Below, piece after piece: positions 5,495 through 14,069 of a DNA stretch of 20,000 nucleotides. Both the position numbers and the translations under genes were made by a program. This DNA comes from an uncultured virus (IMG/VR IMGVR_UViG_3300033388_001337) (taxonomy: Duplodnaviria > Heunggongvirae > Uroviricota > Caudoviricetes > Crassvirales). Below the pieces are notes generated by a model. The model saw only the letters and a list, made by a program, of their open reading frames with translations, did not search any database and was not told the origin of the DNA. The stretch lies in IMG/VR virus record IMGVR_UViG_3300033388_001337. One strand, 5' to 3'. Within the stretch, counting starts at the first letter, position 1. Each line of letters opens with the position of its first letter.

Positions 5495-7105
5495 ATGCAA
5501 ACAGACTCGGGATACATTCCTAAAAACCTAGACTTCGGTCAAGACGGTAGACAAAAACTTATAAACGGAATCACTGCAATCTCTAAAGCAGTTAAGAGTA
5601 CACTAGGCCCACGAGGCAGAACAGTACTAATAGAATCACCACAACATACTAACGGAATAACGGTAACTAAAGACGGGGTTACAGTCGCAAGGTCAGTTGC
5701 TTTACTTGATCCAGTTGAAAACTTAGCAATACAAATGATGCAGGAAGCTGCGAGTCGTACTGCTACTTCGGCTGGTGATGGTACAACTACCGCTATTGTT
5801 TTAACTGAAGCTTTAGTAAAAGCTGGTCAAGAACACATAACACCTGAAAATAATATAACTGAAGTTTTAAAACATATTAATAGAATATGTAACGAAACTA
5901 TTCTTAAGTTGAAAATGAAAACCAAGAAAGTAACTAAATCTAAATTAGATGCAGTTGCTTCAATCTCTGCAAACAATGATAAAGAGTTAGGAAAGATTAT
6001 AGCTGATGCATATAAGAAAGTAGGTGCAGACGGAATAGTAACTGTAGAAAAATCTATGACAGCCGAAACATATGCTGAGGTTACTAACGGTATTAAAGTA
6101 GATAGAGGTTATACTTCACCACTCTTTATTAATAATCAAAAGAAAGATGAGTGTATATTAGAAGGAGTTAGGATTTTAGTTTGTGATCAGGAGATTACTA
6201 ATGTATTGCAAATCGAGAATATATTAAAACCAATAATTAATAAAGGCGATAAACTTTTAATTATAGCTGAGTGTAATTCAAATGTTGTAAACACACTTGC
6301 TGCCAATGTAGTTCGTAATGGTTTAAAGTTCTGTAATATCATGCCTCCATCATTTGGATATAAAACCCACGAGCTGATGCAGGATATTGCTTTATCAGTT
6401 GGTGCAAAATACTTTTCTGAAAAGACAGGTGATGATTTATCACTGATGCAGTTTTCAGATTTAGGTTATGCAGATAAAATTATTGTAGGAAAAGAAAGTA
6501 CTGTCTTAATTAAAAACCAAGATATGACTGAAGAGATTAAAGAAAGAATCAGTCAACTTAAAGTACAACAAGAAAACACTACACATTTAGGAGATAGAAA
6601 GTTTATCAATGAACGTATTGCTAGTTTAGCAGGTTCTATTGGTTGTATTTATGTAGGAGGTAACAGTGATGTAGAGCAAAAAGAAAAATTTGACCGAGTC
6701 GATGACTCGGTGTGCGCTGTGCGCAGTGCCTTACAAGAAGGCATATTACCAGGCGGAGGAATAGCTTTACGTAAATTAACTCCCCTTGTATATGCAACAG
6801 GAGATAAAGATAAGGCTACAGCTGAACTTATAATGGCTACAGCTCTTAGCGCACCATTTAATCATATACTTACTAATGCAGGAATCAATATAGAATCTAT
6901 AGCTGATAAACTTGTAAGCTCAGACTTTGCTTTTGGTTATGATGTAAAGAATGAAAAGTTTGGTGATATGTTCCAGTTAGGAGTTATTGATCCATTAAAG
7001 GTTACTAAGAATGCTTTGATTAATGCAGTATCTGTAGCAACAACTATATTAAGTACTAACGCTATTATTACACATAAAAGATTAAATGAAGAAAAGGAAG
7101 CTTAA
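5495..7105 (+). CDS. groEL: Phage-encoded chaperonin GroEL (Cpn60)
   Basis: VKSTLGPRGR, TKDGVTVA, AGDGTTTA and GVIDPLKVTKNALINAVSVA motifs. 536 aa, no GGM tail. Confidence 0.97.
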   Translation: MQTDSGYIPKNLDFGQDGRQKLINGITAISKAVKSTLGPRGRTVLIESPQHTNGITVTKDGVTVARSVALLDPVENLAIQMMQEAASRTATSAGDGTTTAIVLTEALVKAGQEHITPENNITEVLKHINRICNETILKLKMKTKKVTKSKLDAVASISANNDKELGKIIADAYKKVGADGIVTVEKSMTAETYAEVTNGIKVDRGYTSPLFINNQKKDECILEGVRILVCDQEITNVLQIENILKPIINKGDKLLIIAECNSNVVNTLAANVVRNGLKFCNIMPPSFGYKTHELMQDIALSVGAKYFSEKTGDDLSLMQFSDLGYADKIIVGKESTVLIKNQDMTEEIKERISQLKVQQENTTHLGDRKFINERIASLAGSIGCIYVGGNSDVEQKEKFDRVDDSVCAVRSALQEGILPGGGIALRKLTPLVYATGDKDKATAELIMATALSAPFNHILTNAGINIESIADKLVSSDFAFGYDVKNEKFGDMFQLGVIDPLKVTKNALINAVSVATTILSTNAIITHKRLNEEKEA

Positions 7106-7229
7106 TTCAAAGAACCCTAAATACTATCCTGTAAAAGAAGAGGAAGTAAAAGAAACTAAAAAATTAATACGCTCCATACCAATGGGCAAAAAAAGAAGCG
7201 TAAAAGTATACGCTGTATTTAAACATTAA
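7086..7229 (+). CDS. Small basic hypothetical protein (47 aa)
   Basis: MKKRKLNSKNPKYYPVKEEEVKETKKLIRSIPMGKKRSVKVYAVFKH*. Overlaps the groEL end and fills the gap to the next ORF. Confidence 0.55.
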   Translation: MKKRKLNSKNPKYYPVKEEEVKETKKLIRSIPMGKKRSVKVYAVFKH

Positions 7230-7239
7230 ATTTAATATT

Positions 7240-7443
7240 ATGCACCCAATTAACAATCAAATCTTCGATTCATATAGATTAGAAGTAAAAAAAATTCATG
7301 ACGCTATTCGTTTATTAGCAACACAAGGATATACTGTGATAGACTTAGAAGGTCAAGTTATTACAAAATGGAATATTGGAAAAGACAATTACCCTAATAT
7401 AACTTACAACAGAACCCCAAAACAATTAGAATATAACGACTAA
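7240..7443 (+). CDS. Hypothetical protein (67 aa)
   Basis: ORF with TAATG coupling to groES. Confidence 0.7.
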   Translation: MHPINNQIFDSYRLEVKKIHDAIRLLATQGYTVIDLEGQVITKWNIGKDNYPNITYNRTPKQLEYND

Positions 7444-7700
7444 TGCAACCAATAGGAAAATATATAGCAGTAAAACCTATAGAAGAAGAAATAAAAACTG
7501 ATTCAGGATTATTGTTATCTTCAAAAGAAGCGCAAGACTTTAGATATAAAAAGGGATCAGTAATAAAACCTGGCAGTGATGTGACGGTTATAAAAGCTGA
7601 TGATGTTATATACTACGACAAAAATGCTGGACACTCTATGCTTTTAGATAATGAGTCGATGACTATTATTCAAGAGAGAGATGTGGTTGTAGTCTTATAA
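7443..7700 (+). CDS. groES: Co-chaperonin GroES (Cpn10)
   Basis: MQPIGKYIAV, mobile loop KTDSGLLL, C-terminal IIQERDVVVVL; near groEL. Confidence 0.92.
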   Translation: MQPIGKYIAVKPIEEEIKTDSGLLLSSKEAQDFRYKKGSVIKPGSDVTVIKADDVIYYDKNAGHSMLLDNESMTIIQERDVVVVL

Positions 7701-7710
7701 ATAAATTTAA

Positions 7711-7718
7711 TATCTTTG
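7711..7718 (+). promoter_or_regulatory. Candidate -7 promoter box
   Basis: TATCTTTG immediately before the ATG at 7723, implying a near-leaderless transcript if real. Confidence 0.45.
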
Positions 7719-7722
7719 TAAG

Positions 7723-8250
7723 ATGCCTACAAAGAAAAAACCTAAAACTAAAGTCACCCGTGGTAAAGTAACACGTAGACAAGCTAGACGCTCTAGAGGT
7801 AAAGAGGTCGTTCTTCCAGATACCAGAACAAAAGCTCAAAAAGAAAAAGATGCTAAAAGAGTAGCCGCTAAAACTAAAGTGTCTACTACATCTACTAACT
7901 ACCGAGTTACTAGAGCTAAAAGCAAGAAAGGCAAAACTAAAGTTAGATCAGGAGCGCAGTTCAGAACTAAAAGCAATCAAGAGAATAAATACATGAGGTC
8001 TAAATCCTCGGGTACTACAACTACTACTACTAGAGGTAAACAAACATATCGTAAAAAATATTTCCGAAGAGATAAAGAAACAGGAAAAGAAATAGCAACG
8101 AGAACTAGAACAAACAAAAGAGGAACAACTAGATATACAACTGTAACAGGCCCTAAAGCTTATAAGAAGTATTCAAAGTGGGAAAACAAAGACAATAAGA
8201 AAGCAGCAAGACAAGTAAAAAGAATTAAAAGAAGAACTAGAAAGACTTAA
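7723..8250 (+). CDS. Extremely basic K/R/T-rich protein (175 aa)
   Basis: Long ORF dominated by Lys/Arg/Thr with very few acidic residues; histone- or protamine-like composition. Confidence 0.7.
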   Translation: MPTKKKPKTKVTRGKVTRRQARRSRGKEVVLPDTRTKAQKEKDAKRVAAKTKVSTTSTNYRVTRAKSKKGKTKVRSGAQFRTKSNQENKYMRSKSSGTTTTTTRGKQTYRKKYFRRDKETGKEIATRTRTNKRGTTRYTTVTGPKAYKKYSKWENKDNKKAARQVKRIKRRTRKT

Positions 8251-8683
8251 TCTCTTCGTTTAATTTTTTAATATAGTTCCTATAAACCTTATCCATATAC
8301 GAAGCATCACTCTTAAATAAAGGATTAGTTCTATGATCCTCACCAAACTCTTCACCGTTTAACTTCTTGTATATGGTATTAACTAATCGTTTACCTTTAT
8401 ACGTTAGTTCGTATAAAGTGGTCTCCTTAGCCCTACCTTTTCTCCATACATGTATCCATCCATCTCTAAGCAACTTATCAAACCTATTAACATCCCATGA
8501 CATTAATTCTTCAAACTCATTAAACTTTGTCTTATTAAAAACATCTTCACTGTAAAGAAACAGCATCATGTCAATATCAGGAGTTCCAATATTATACTTG
8601 GCTTTAACCCAGTACTTTACAACTCTCCAATATTTTAAATAATCGTGAGTAGGTACTTTTCTGTCGTAATTTGGTCTTCTCAA
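8237..8683 (-). CDS. Putative winged-helix (MarR-like) DNA-binding protein
   Basis: FDKLLRDGWIHVW...LYELTYKGKRLV resembles the wHTH wing (L..G.I....Y.LT.KG). Only convincing antisense gene in the right arm. Confidence 0.65.
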   Translation of the reverse strand: MRRPNYDRKVPTHDYLKYWRVVKYWVKAKYNIGTPDIDMMLFLYSEDVFNKTKFNEFEELMSWDVNRFDKLLRDGWIHVWRKGRAKETTLYELTYKGKRLVNTIYKKLNGEEFGEDHRTNPLFKSDASYMDKVYRNYIKKLNEEIKSF

Positions 8684-8702
8684 AAGTATTTAATTAAATT
8701 GT

Positions 8703-8710
8703 TATCTTTG
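8703..8710 (+). promoter_or_regulatory. -7 promoter box
   Basis: TATCTTTG, 24 nt upstream of the ATG at 8735. Confidence 0.6.
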
Positions 8711-8734
8711 TGTAAATATAAAAATAAAAAAGCC

Positions 8735-9229
8735 ATGCCCGTAAAAAAACTAGTAAAGAAAATAAAATCAGCTGTAGCAAGAAGAAGAAGACCTGGAGTA
8801 GTCTCTAAGGTTAAAAAAGTTGTTAAAACAAAAGACGGAGGTTCTAAACTTAAAACAACCAGATCTACAGGAGTTACAAATAGTACAAGAAGCAAATACC
8901 GTACTTCCAATATGGGAACTAGAGGTGTTGACGCAACACGTAAGCCAAAAGCAACTGTAACAAAAGATGGTAGGAGAGGAAACGTAAGAAAGAAAACTGT
9001 TTCTATGAACACCTCGAGACCAGGGTTAAAGAAAAAAGACCTTGTTGGAAAAATTACTAAAACAAAAGAAAATATAAGAACAGGTAAAAAGAAAACTACA
9101 ACTAAAAATGTTTCTTATAAAAAAGCTAGAAGAGTTCTAAAAAGAATGAATAAAAAAACCAACAGGATGATTAAGACTGCTGAAAGAAAAGGTAGAAGAC
9201 AAAAAAGAAGATTAGAACTTAAAAAGTAA
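8735..9229 (+). CDS. Extremely basic K/R/T-rich protein (164 aa)
   Basis: Start reassigned to MPVKKLVKK after the promoter and A-rich leader. Composition resembles 7723-8250. Confidence 0.7.
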   Translation: MPVKKLVKKIKSAVARRRRPGVVSKVKKVVKTKDGGSKLKTTRSTGVTNSTRSKYRTSNMGTRGVDATRKPKATVTKDGRRGNVRKKTVSMNTSRPGLKKKDLVGKITKTKENIRTGKKKTTTKNVSYKKARRVLKRMNKKTNRMIKTAERKGRRQKRRLELKK

Positions 9230-9234
9230 AAATT

Positions 9235-9399
9235 ATGCCAACAGTAAAATATAAATGTGGAGACACAGGTAAAATGAAAAAGAAGCAATTTCCTTACAAT
9301 GCAGTAGGGAAAGCTCAAGCAGCTGAATTTGCTAAGACTATGAAAGGATCAATTAAAAACAATCCAGGCTACGGCATGGAGAAAAAAATGGGATACTAA
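9235..9399 (+). CDS. Small basic protein (54 aa)
   Basis: MPTVKYKCGDTGKMKKKQFPYNAVGKAQAAEFAK...; TAATG coupling to the next gene. Confidence 0.65.
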   Translation: MPTVKYKCGDTGKMKKKQFPYNAVGKAQAAEFAKTMKGSIKNNPGYGMEKKMGY

Positions 9400-9590
9400 T
9401 GCCAGGTCATACAAAGAAGAAAAAAGCAATAGCAAGAAAGAAAAAAGCAATAGGTGTTGCTAAAGATATGTTAACGGGCAAGAGAAAAAAACCTCTTCTT
9501 GTTTCTAAAAACAAAATCAAAAGAGACATTAAAAGAAAAACTAAGGCTATTGCAAGAAAAACAAGAAAACTTAGTTCAAAAAAGAGATAA
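9399..9590 (+). CDS. Small very basic protein (63 aa)
   Basis: ORF track; K/R-rich. Confidence 0.65.
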   Translation: MPGHTKKKKAIARKKKAIGVAKDMLTGKRKKPLLVSKNKIKRDIKRKTKAIARKTRKLSSKKR

Positions 9591-9600
9591 AATAAATTTT

Positions 9601-9608
9601 TATCTTTG
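9601..9608 (+). promoter_or_regulatory. -7 promoter box
   Basis: TATCTTTG in the intergenic gap before 9641. Confidence 0.55.
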
Positions 9609-9640
9609 TTAATTAATTACTAACTAATAAATTTTTAAAA

Positions 9641-9841
9641 ATGAAAAAGCAAGGTTATAACGCTAGACTTGATGAGTCACTAGGCGGAAGACATAAAGGA
9701 AAACATTCTCAGTCTATGAAAGACAGAAGAGATGAAAGTAAAGCTATGTCTAAAAAAATGTATGGTCACTCTTACGGAGCTGACAAAGGTATGTCTTACA
9801 GACATGTAGCGTCTTGGAAAACTCACGATCACCTAAAGTAA
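9641..9841 (+). CDS. Small basic phage protein (66 aa)
   Basis: KKQGYNARLDESLG...QSMKDRRDESKAM; TAATG coupling. Confidence 0.7.
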   Translation: MKKQGYNARLDESLGGRHKGKHSQSMKDRRDESKAMSKKMYGHSYGADKGMSYRHVASWKTHDHLK

Positions 9842-10041
9842 TGGCTGGTCGTACCAAAAAGGAAAAGTTTCCTGAGATAAAAAAGTCTAGACAAGGAGCA
9901 TTTACGTCTTGGGCTAAGAAAAACGGATTCAAAGATGCGTGCAGTGCCGCTTCTGCTGTAATGAAGAACACAAAAAAGTATTCTGAAAAGGTAGTAAAGA
10001 TGGCAAACTATGCAAACAACTTTGGATGCAAAATGAAATAG
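9841..10041 (+). CDS. Small basic phage protein (66 aa)
   Basis: Start at coupled ATG 9841 (MAGRTKK); GAFTSWAKKNG...KMANYANNF. Confidence 0.7.
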   Translation: MAGRTKKEKFPEIKKSRQGAFTSWAKKNGFKDACSAASAVMKNTKKYSEKVVKMANYANNFGCKMK

Positions 10042-10058
10042 TAATTTAATATAATTTT

Positions 10059-10331
10059 ATGGCAAAAAAGAAAGTAACAACTAAGAAAAAGGCTGTTGAA
10101 TCTAAAAAATCAGTAAAAAAAGCTGTAGCCAAACCAGAAAAAGTAGCTGAGGTTAAAGTAGAAGACAAAAAAGAAATACCTACAGAGGTAGTTATAGAAA
10201 AAAAGGTTTGTTTTGTACCATACAACCCGCCAAAACGACTCTGGTCGGACACTAGAACGCATATAAACCCTGATGATTTTAGAAATACTGAAAATGACGA
10301 CAATCCTTTTCTACCAAAAGAAAAAAAATAG
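10059..10331 (+). CDS. Hypothetical protein with K/A/V-rich N-terminus (90 aa)
   Basis: ORF track; histone H1-like low-complexity start. Confidence 0.65.
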   Translation: MAKKKVTTKKKAVESKKSVKKAVAKPEKVAEVKVEDKKEIPTEVVIEKKVCFVPYNPPKRLWSDTRTHINPDDFRNTENDDNPFLPKEKK

Positions 10332-10334
10332 AAC

Positions 10335-10472
10335 ATGGGGAAATTATTAGTAAAATTAGGACTGAAATTACAGGAATTATGGTGCAAATTCCAATGCGCA
10401 TGGAACTGGCTGTTAAGTAAAGCGTTGTTCAGCGTAGCAAAATGTCCTAATAAAGCATGCACCTGTAAATAA
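10335..10472 (+). CDS. Small Cys-rich protein (45 aa)
   Basis: MGKLLVKLGLKLQELWCKFQCAWNWLLSKALFSVAKCPNKACTCK*; fills the gap between neighbours. Confidence 0.55.
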   Translation: MGKLLVKLGLKLQELWCKFQCAWNWLLSKALFSVAKCPNKACTCK

Positions 10473-10476
10473 TAAA

Positions 10477-10647
10477 ATGAAAAGAACTAAAGTAAAATCA
10501 ATAGGCTTAGGTGATACAGTAGAAAAGGTTGCAAAAGCAATCGGTGCTGATAAAGTTGCTAAAGTTTATGAAAAAGTCACAGGTAATGACTGTGGTTGTG
10601 GAAAAAGACGTGATACATTAAACCGAGTTTTTCCATATGATAGATAA
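10477..10647 (+). CDS. Small phage protein with GLGDT...DCGC..R motif (56 aa)
   Basis: MKRTKVKSIGLGDTVEKVAKAIG...GNDCGCGKRRDTLNRVFPYDR*. Confidence 0.7.
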   Translation: MKRTKVKSIGLGDTVEKVAKAIGADKVAKVYEKVTGNDCGCGKRRDTLNRVFPYDR

Positions 10648-10679
10648 AAGAGAATTTTTAACCCTCTAAAAATAAAAAA

Positions 10680-11213
10680 ATGGCATATCCAAAAATAACC
10701 GTTAACACGGGCAAAGCATTATCACTTATCGCTAGTGATTCAATTCCAATTCCTTACGTAGACGCAATACAATTAGTCGGAACAACTTCAGCTAGTACTC
10801 AAAACAAGTTAGTTGCTGTAGGATCTGATTTTAGTAATGTTACTGTAGGTGATATTGTATATAATACTACAGATAACACCTCAACTACCGTAACTGCAGT
10901 AGATAGTTCTACAATACTTTCTGTTGCAGCCGATATATTTACTTCACCTGAAGATTTTATAGTATTTCAAGCAGGGCCTGTCTTTGAAAGAAGAACAGAC
11001 TCTTCTTCTGGTTGTTTATTATATGTAGGAAGTAGCGAAGCATCTATGGATGTAGCAAAATCATTCGTAGATGTAAAAGTAAAAACAGTAGCTGGAAGTA
11101 TTGTTACATTTAGTAACTTTCCTGTAGGAGAATATCTACCCGTACAAGTAGTACAGTTATATGCTACAGGTACTGACGCAGCTGCAGATAATAATTGTTT
11201 AGCAATCTGGTAA
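10680..11213 (+). CDS. Putative virion structural protein (177 aa)
   Basis: T/S/V/G-rich, beta-type composition; CLLYVG...G.YLPVQV.....TGT C-terminal pattern. Confidence 0.65.
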   Translation: MAYPKITVNTGKALSLIASDSIPIPYVDAIQLVGTTSASTQNKLVAVGSDFSNVTVGDIVYNTTDNTSTTVTAVDSSTILSVAADIFTSPEDFIVFQAGPVFERRTDSSSGCLLYVGSSEASMDVAKSFVDVKVKTVAGSIVTFSNFPVGEYLPVQVVQLYATGTDAAADNNCLAIW

Positions 11214-11214
11214 T

Positions 11215-11424
11215 ATGAACGGAAAAAAGACTAGAAAGGACGCAAAAAAAAGCAACATGATTTGCAAAAAAATGCGTGTCAATGGCAGAATGCAAAGAGT
11301 TTGCAAACCAGTGGGTAAAGCAAAAAACAAAGCGGAAGCTATGAGACGTAGAATGCCTAAAAAAACAATGACAGCTCAAGAAGGTAAAAAGCAAGTAAAA
11401 CCTAACCGTATAATAATAAATTAA
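11215..11424 (+). CDS. Small basic protein (69 aa)
   Basis: ORF track; tightly packed with neighbours. Confidence 0.6.
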   Translation: MNGKKTRKDAKKSNMICKKMRVNGRMQRVCKPVGKAKNKAEAMRRRMPKKTMTAQEGKKQVKPNRIIIN

Positions 11425-11425
11425 G

Positions 11426-11710
11426 ATGGCGCAGCAAATAGGAGAAGATACAAAGGTTACACTTGATTTAAAAACTATATCCATGATTATTGGATTTACA
11501 GTTTCTTTATGCAGTATGTATTTTGTTCTTCAGGCAGATATAGCAAAAGCAATGGAATTGCCAGCGCCAGAAGTAACTAAAACAGAATTTACTTATAAGG
11601 ATCAAATAATACGAGACGCTATTATGACAACTCAAGAAGATGTAAAAGAAATGAAAGCTACTCTTGAAAAACTAGATGAACGTATATTTGAGTTAACAAA
11701 TGAAAGATGA
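11426..11710 (+). CDS. Single-TM membrane protein with C-terminal coiled coil (94 aa)
   Basis: Hydrophobic TISMIIGFTVSLCSMYFVL followed by VKEMKATLEKLDERI. Confidence 0.72.
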   Translation: MAQQIGEDTKVTLDLKTISMIIGFTVSLCSMYFVLQADIAKAMELPAPEVTKTEFTYKDQIIRDAIMTTQEDVKEMKATLEKLDERIFELTNER

Positions 11711-12045
11711 GATTATGTATACTAATATTATTTTTAATCCCAACCTTAACTTTTGCTCAATCTTATAAAGACGGTATAGTTGTAGTTCAGTATTCAGCTG
11801 ACTTTGTAAAAGCCAACGAAATAGATATTAGCAAGTTAGAAGGCGCAGACCTTTTACGTTTAGCTATGTCTGAACATCCCAAAATTTTCGAAAAAGAAGA
11901 AATAAAATTTCTACCCACAGTTTGTTTATATCATAATCGTAAACTAATATTGAAAGTAGAAAGCGATATATCATTAAAGCTACCTGAAGGTTCTTTAGAT
12001 AAAATACAAAAACATATAAATAAAATAGTTAAAAGTAAATTTTAG
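11707..12045 (+). CDS. Secreted protein, possible thioredoxin-like fold without CxxC (112 aa)
   Basis: Signal peptide ending TFA|Q. VVVQYSADF and IKFLPTVCLY (cis-Pro-like) segments. Confidence 0.6.
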   Translation: MRLCILILFLIPTLTFAQSYKDGIVVVQYSADFVKANEIDISKLEGADLLRLAMSEHPKIFEKEEIKFLPTVCLYHNRKLILKVESDISLKLPEGSLDKIQKHINKIVKSKF

Positions 12046-12047
12046 AT

Positions 12048-13328
12048 ATGAATAGAAAACAGAAGACAGAGAAGTTCGCATTAAACGCTATGCTATATAT
12101 TGTAATATTATTTTTATTAGCATGTTTTACATTTAGTGCGCAGGCTCAAGTAATACAAGAGCCTAGTAAAAAAGAAATTAAAAAACTTAAAAAAGGATTT
12201 AGTAAAGAAAATATTTTTACCAAAACCTATAAAGACTTTTTAAAATACGGTACACTTTATATAGCGGGAGACATAAGTAATCCTTACCAAAAACAATCTA
12301 TTGATTATGTTGTAAGAACTAATCCTAATGGAAACTTATATAGTGTGCCTATTGTAGAAGACGCAACTGAATATCATGAGTTTGATTATAGATACGGTTT
12401 TGGAATCAGACGTATTGCACGATTTGATTATGAGAATAAAGAGAAAGCATATTATGATGGAACAGAAAAAAACGTAGCACTGTCTTCTCCAACAGCTGCA
12501 TTTAATGGATTTGAATATTTATTCCATTGGGAGAAAGAAAGGGAGAGAGGTGAGGTGTTTACTAATCACCGTTACTTTCTTAGGCATACAGGTAAAAATC
12601 ACATTGTTAAACTCGAGTCTAGAGAAGAAGGTAATGTAGGTTTTAAATATCAAAGCGCTGAAGTAAGAGGTCGTTTACCTATAGGAAAGAAGTTTAGTAT
12701 TTCAGCTGGAGTTATTGCCCGAACACACGAGCAAGCATTTGGATATAATCCTGTTGAAATATGGTTAAATGAAACCGATGATGAAGGGTTTGCATTAAAC
12801 CCGTGGTGGACTTTAGGGTTTGAATATGGTTATGACGATATCTATTATACACAAGAAGATCAGTTTGGTAATGAAGTAACAGACTGGTACTGGATTGACC
12901 AAGATGGAACAATCGTAGCCCATACAGATTTAGAGTTTCGTGAGACAGTATTTGCTGACTTGATGAACAGGTATAATAGAGAGCAGTGGGATTTGCTAGA
13001 TGATTTTGCAGAAGTTGCTCCTATAGTTGGAGCTGATTGGTATAGCTATACTGATAAAGCTTGGATTCACGCTTATGCTAATTACATATTACCGTATCAT
13101 AAATATTTTAAAGGAGACGAAGACTTCAGTTATTTAAATAGAAACAACTGGGGGTTAGGAGGATTAAGACAAGATTCAGAATTAGAACAGTGGGATGACT
13201 ATCAGTTCGGTTTAATATTAGGCTGGAACATTACTTCAAAATTAGGTATATTTGTAGAGGGAGAATACACGAAGTTTTGGGACACAGAAATATTTAAATC
13301 AACTGTAGGACTGAATATTGAATTATGA
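12048..13328 (+). CDS. Signal-peptide protein, probable outer-membrane beta-barrel (426 aa)
   Basis: Signal peptide ending AQA|Q, aromatic-rich, with amphipathic C-terminal strands (QFGLILGWNI, LGIFVEGEY, STVGLNIEL). Confidence 0.6.
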   Translation: MNRKQKTEKFALNAMLYIVILFLLACFTFSAQAQVIQEPSKKEIKKLKKGFSKENIFTKTYKDFLKYGTLYIAGDISNPYQKQSIDYVVRTNPNGNLYSVPIVEDATEYHEFDYRYGFGIRRIARFDYENKEKAYYDGTEKNVALSSPTAAFNGFEYLFHWEKERERGEVFTNHRYFLRHTGKNHIVKLESREEGNVGFKYQSAEVRGRLPIGKKFSISAGVIARTHEQAFGYNPVEIWLNETDDEGFALNPWWTLGFEYGYDDIYYTQEDQFGNEVTDWYWIDQDGTIVAHTDLEFRETVFADLMNRYNREQWDLLDDFAEVAPIVGADWYSYTDKAWIHAYANYILPYHKYFKGDEDFSYLNRNNWGLGGLRQDSELEQWDDYQFGLILGWNITSKLGIFVEGEYTKFWDTEIFKSTVGLNIEL

Positions 13329-13783
13329 AAATAAGCGATCATATAACTTACGCTGAAGCTATACATTCAAACACTGCGAAGCGAAAAAGAATTGACAACA
13401 CGCCTAACCCTACACAAGTAGAGGCTATGAAGGAGACAGCGCTAAAAGTATTTGAACCTTTAAGAGCTTGGGTTGGTGGCCCTATAAAAGTAAATTCATT
13501 CTTCAGGTCACCTGTTTTGAATGAGGCAATTGGCGGGGTAGCTTCCTCACAACATTGCAAAGGTCAAGCGATTGATATTGATGATGTATATGGATATAAA
13601 ACAAATGCAGAAATGTTTATGTATATCCGAGAGAACTTAGATTTTGACCAATTAATTTGGGAGTTTGGAACTGACATGAATCCTAACTGGCTACATGTTT
13701 CATACGTTTCAAAAGAAGATAACAGAGGTAGATGCCTGAAAGCCTACAAAGAAGATGGCAAAACAAAATATAAAGTTATATAA
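13325..13783 (+). CDS. Peptidase M15 (L-Ala-D-Glu/D-Ala-D-Ala type) endolysin
   Basis: NSFFRS..LN.AIGG...SQHCKGQAIDI and W.HVS zinc-binding motifs. Confidence 0.88.
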   Translation: MKISDHITYAEAIHSNTAKRKRIDNTPNPTQVEAMKETALKVFEPLRAWVGGPIKVNSFFRSPVLNEAIGGVASSQHCKGQAIDIDDVYGYKTNAEMFMYIRENLDFDQLIWEFGTDMNPNWLHVSYVSKEDNRGRCLKAYKEDGKTKYKVI

Positions 13784-13941
13784 TGGCAAAGAAAGGAAGA
13801 ACAAAAAAGAAAGGTAGCAAAATATGTGCAGCTGGTATAGCGTGGGCTAAAAGAACATTTGACACTTATCCTGGTGCTTATGCTAATATGGCCGCAAGTA
13901 AATATTGTAAAGACCCTAATTACGCAAAAAAAAGTAAATAA
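13783..13941 (+). CDS. Small basic phage protein (52 aa)
   Basis: MAKKGRTKKKGSKICAAGIAWAKRTFDTYPGAYANMAASKYCKDPNYAKKSK*; TAATG coupled on both sides. Confidence 0.7.
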   Translation: MAKKGRTKKKGSKICAAGIAWAKRTFDTYPGAYANMAASKYCKDPNYAKKSK

Positions 13942-14069
13942 TGAAAAGAAAATTAAAACCAAAACAAAAGAAAATAGCTAGAGCTGCAAAGCCTTATAAC
14001 AGAATTACTGGAGCTGACTTTAAAGCTTTAAGAGGAAAAAGAACTGTAAAAAAAAGAGGCGGTAGATAA
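13941..14069 (+). CDS. Small basic phage protein (42 aa)
   Basis: MKRKLKPKQKKIARAAKPYNRITGADFKALRGKRTVKKRGGR*; TAATG coupled on both sides. Confidence 0.65.
   Translation: MKRKLKPKQKKIARAAKPYNRITGADFKALRGKRTVKKRGGR

Noticed and set aside
5495..7700. Interpretation as a bacterial chromosomal groE locus
   Set aside because: Gene order, divergence, the missing GGM tail and an entirely phage-like context argue for a viral origin.
8645..8734. N-terminal extension of the ORF 8645-9229
   Set aside because: It overlaps the antisense wHTH gene and the promoter box; ATG 8735 is the better start.
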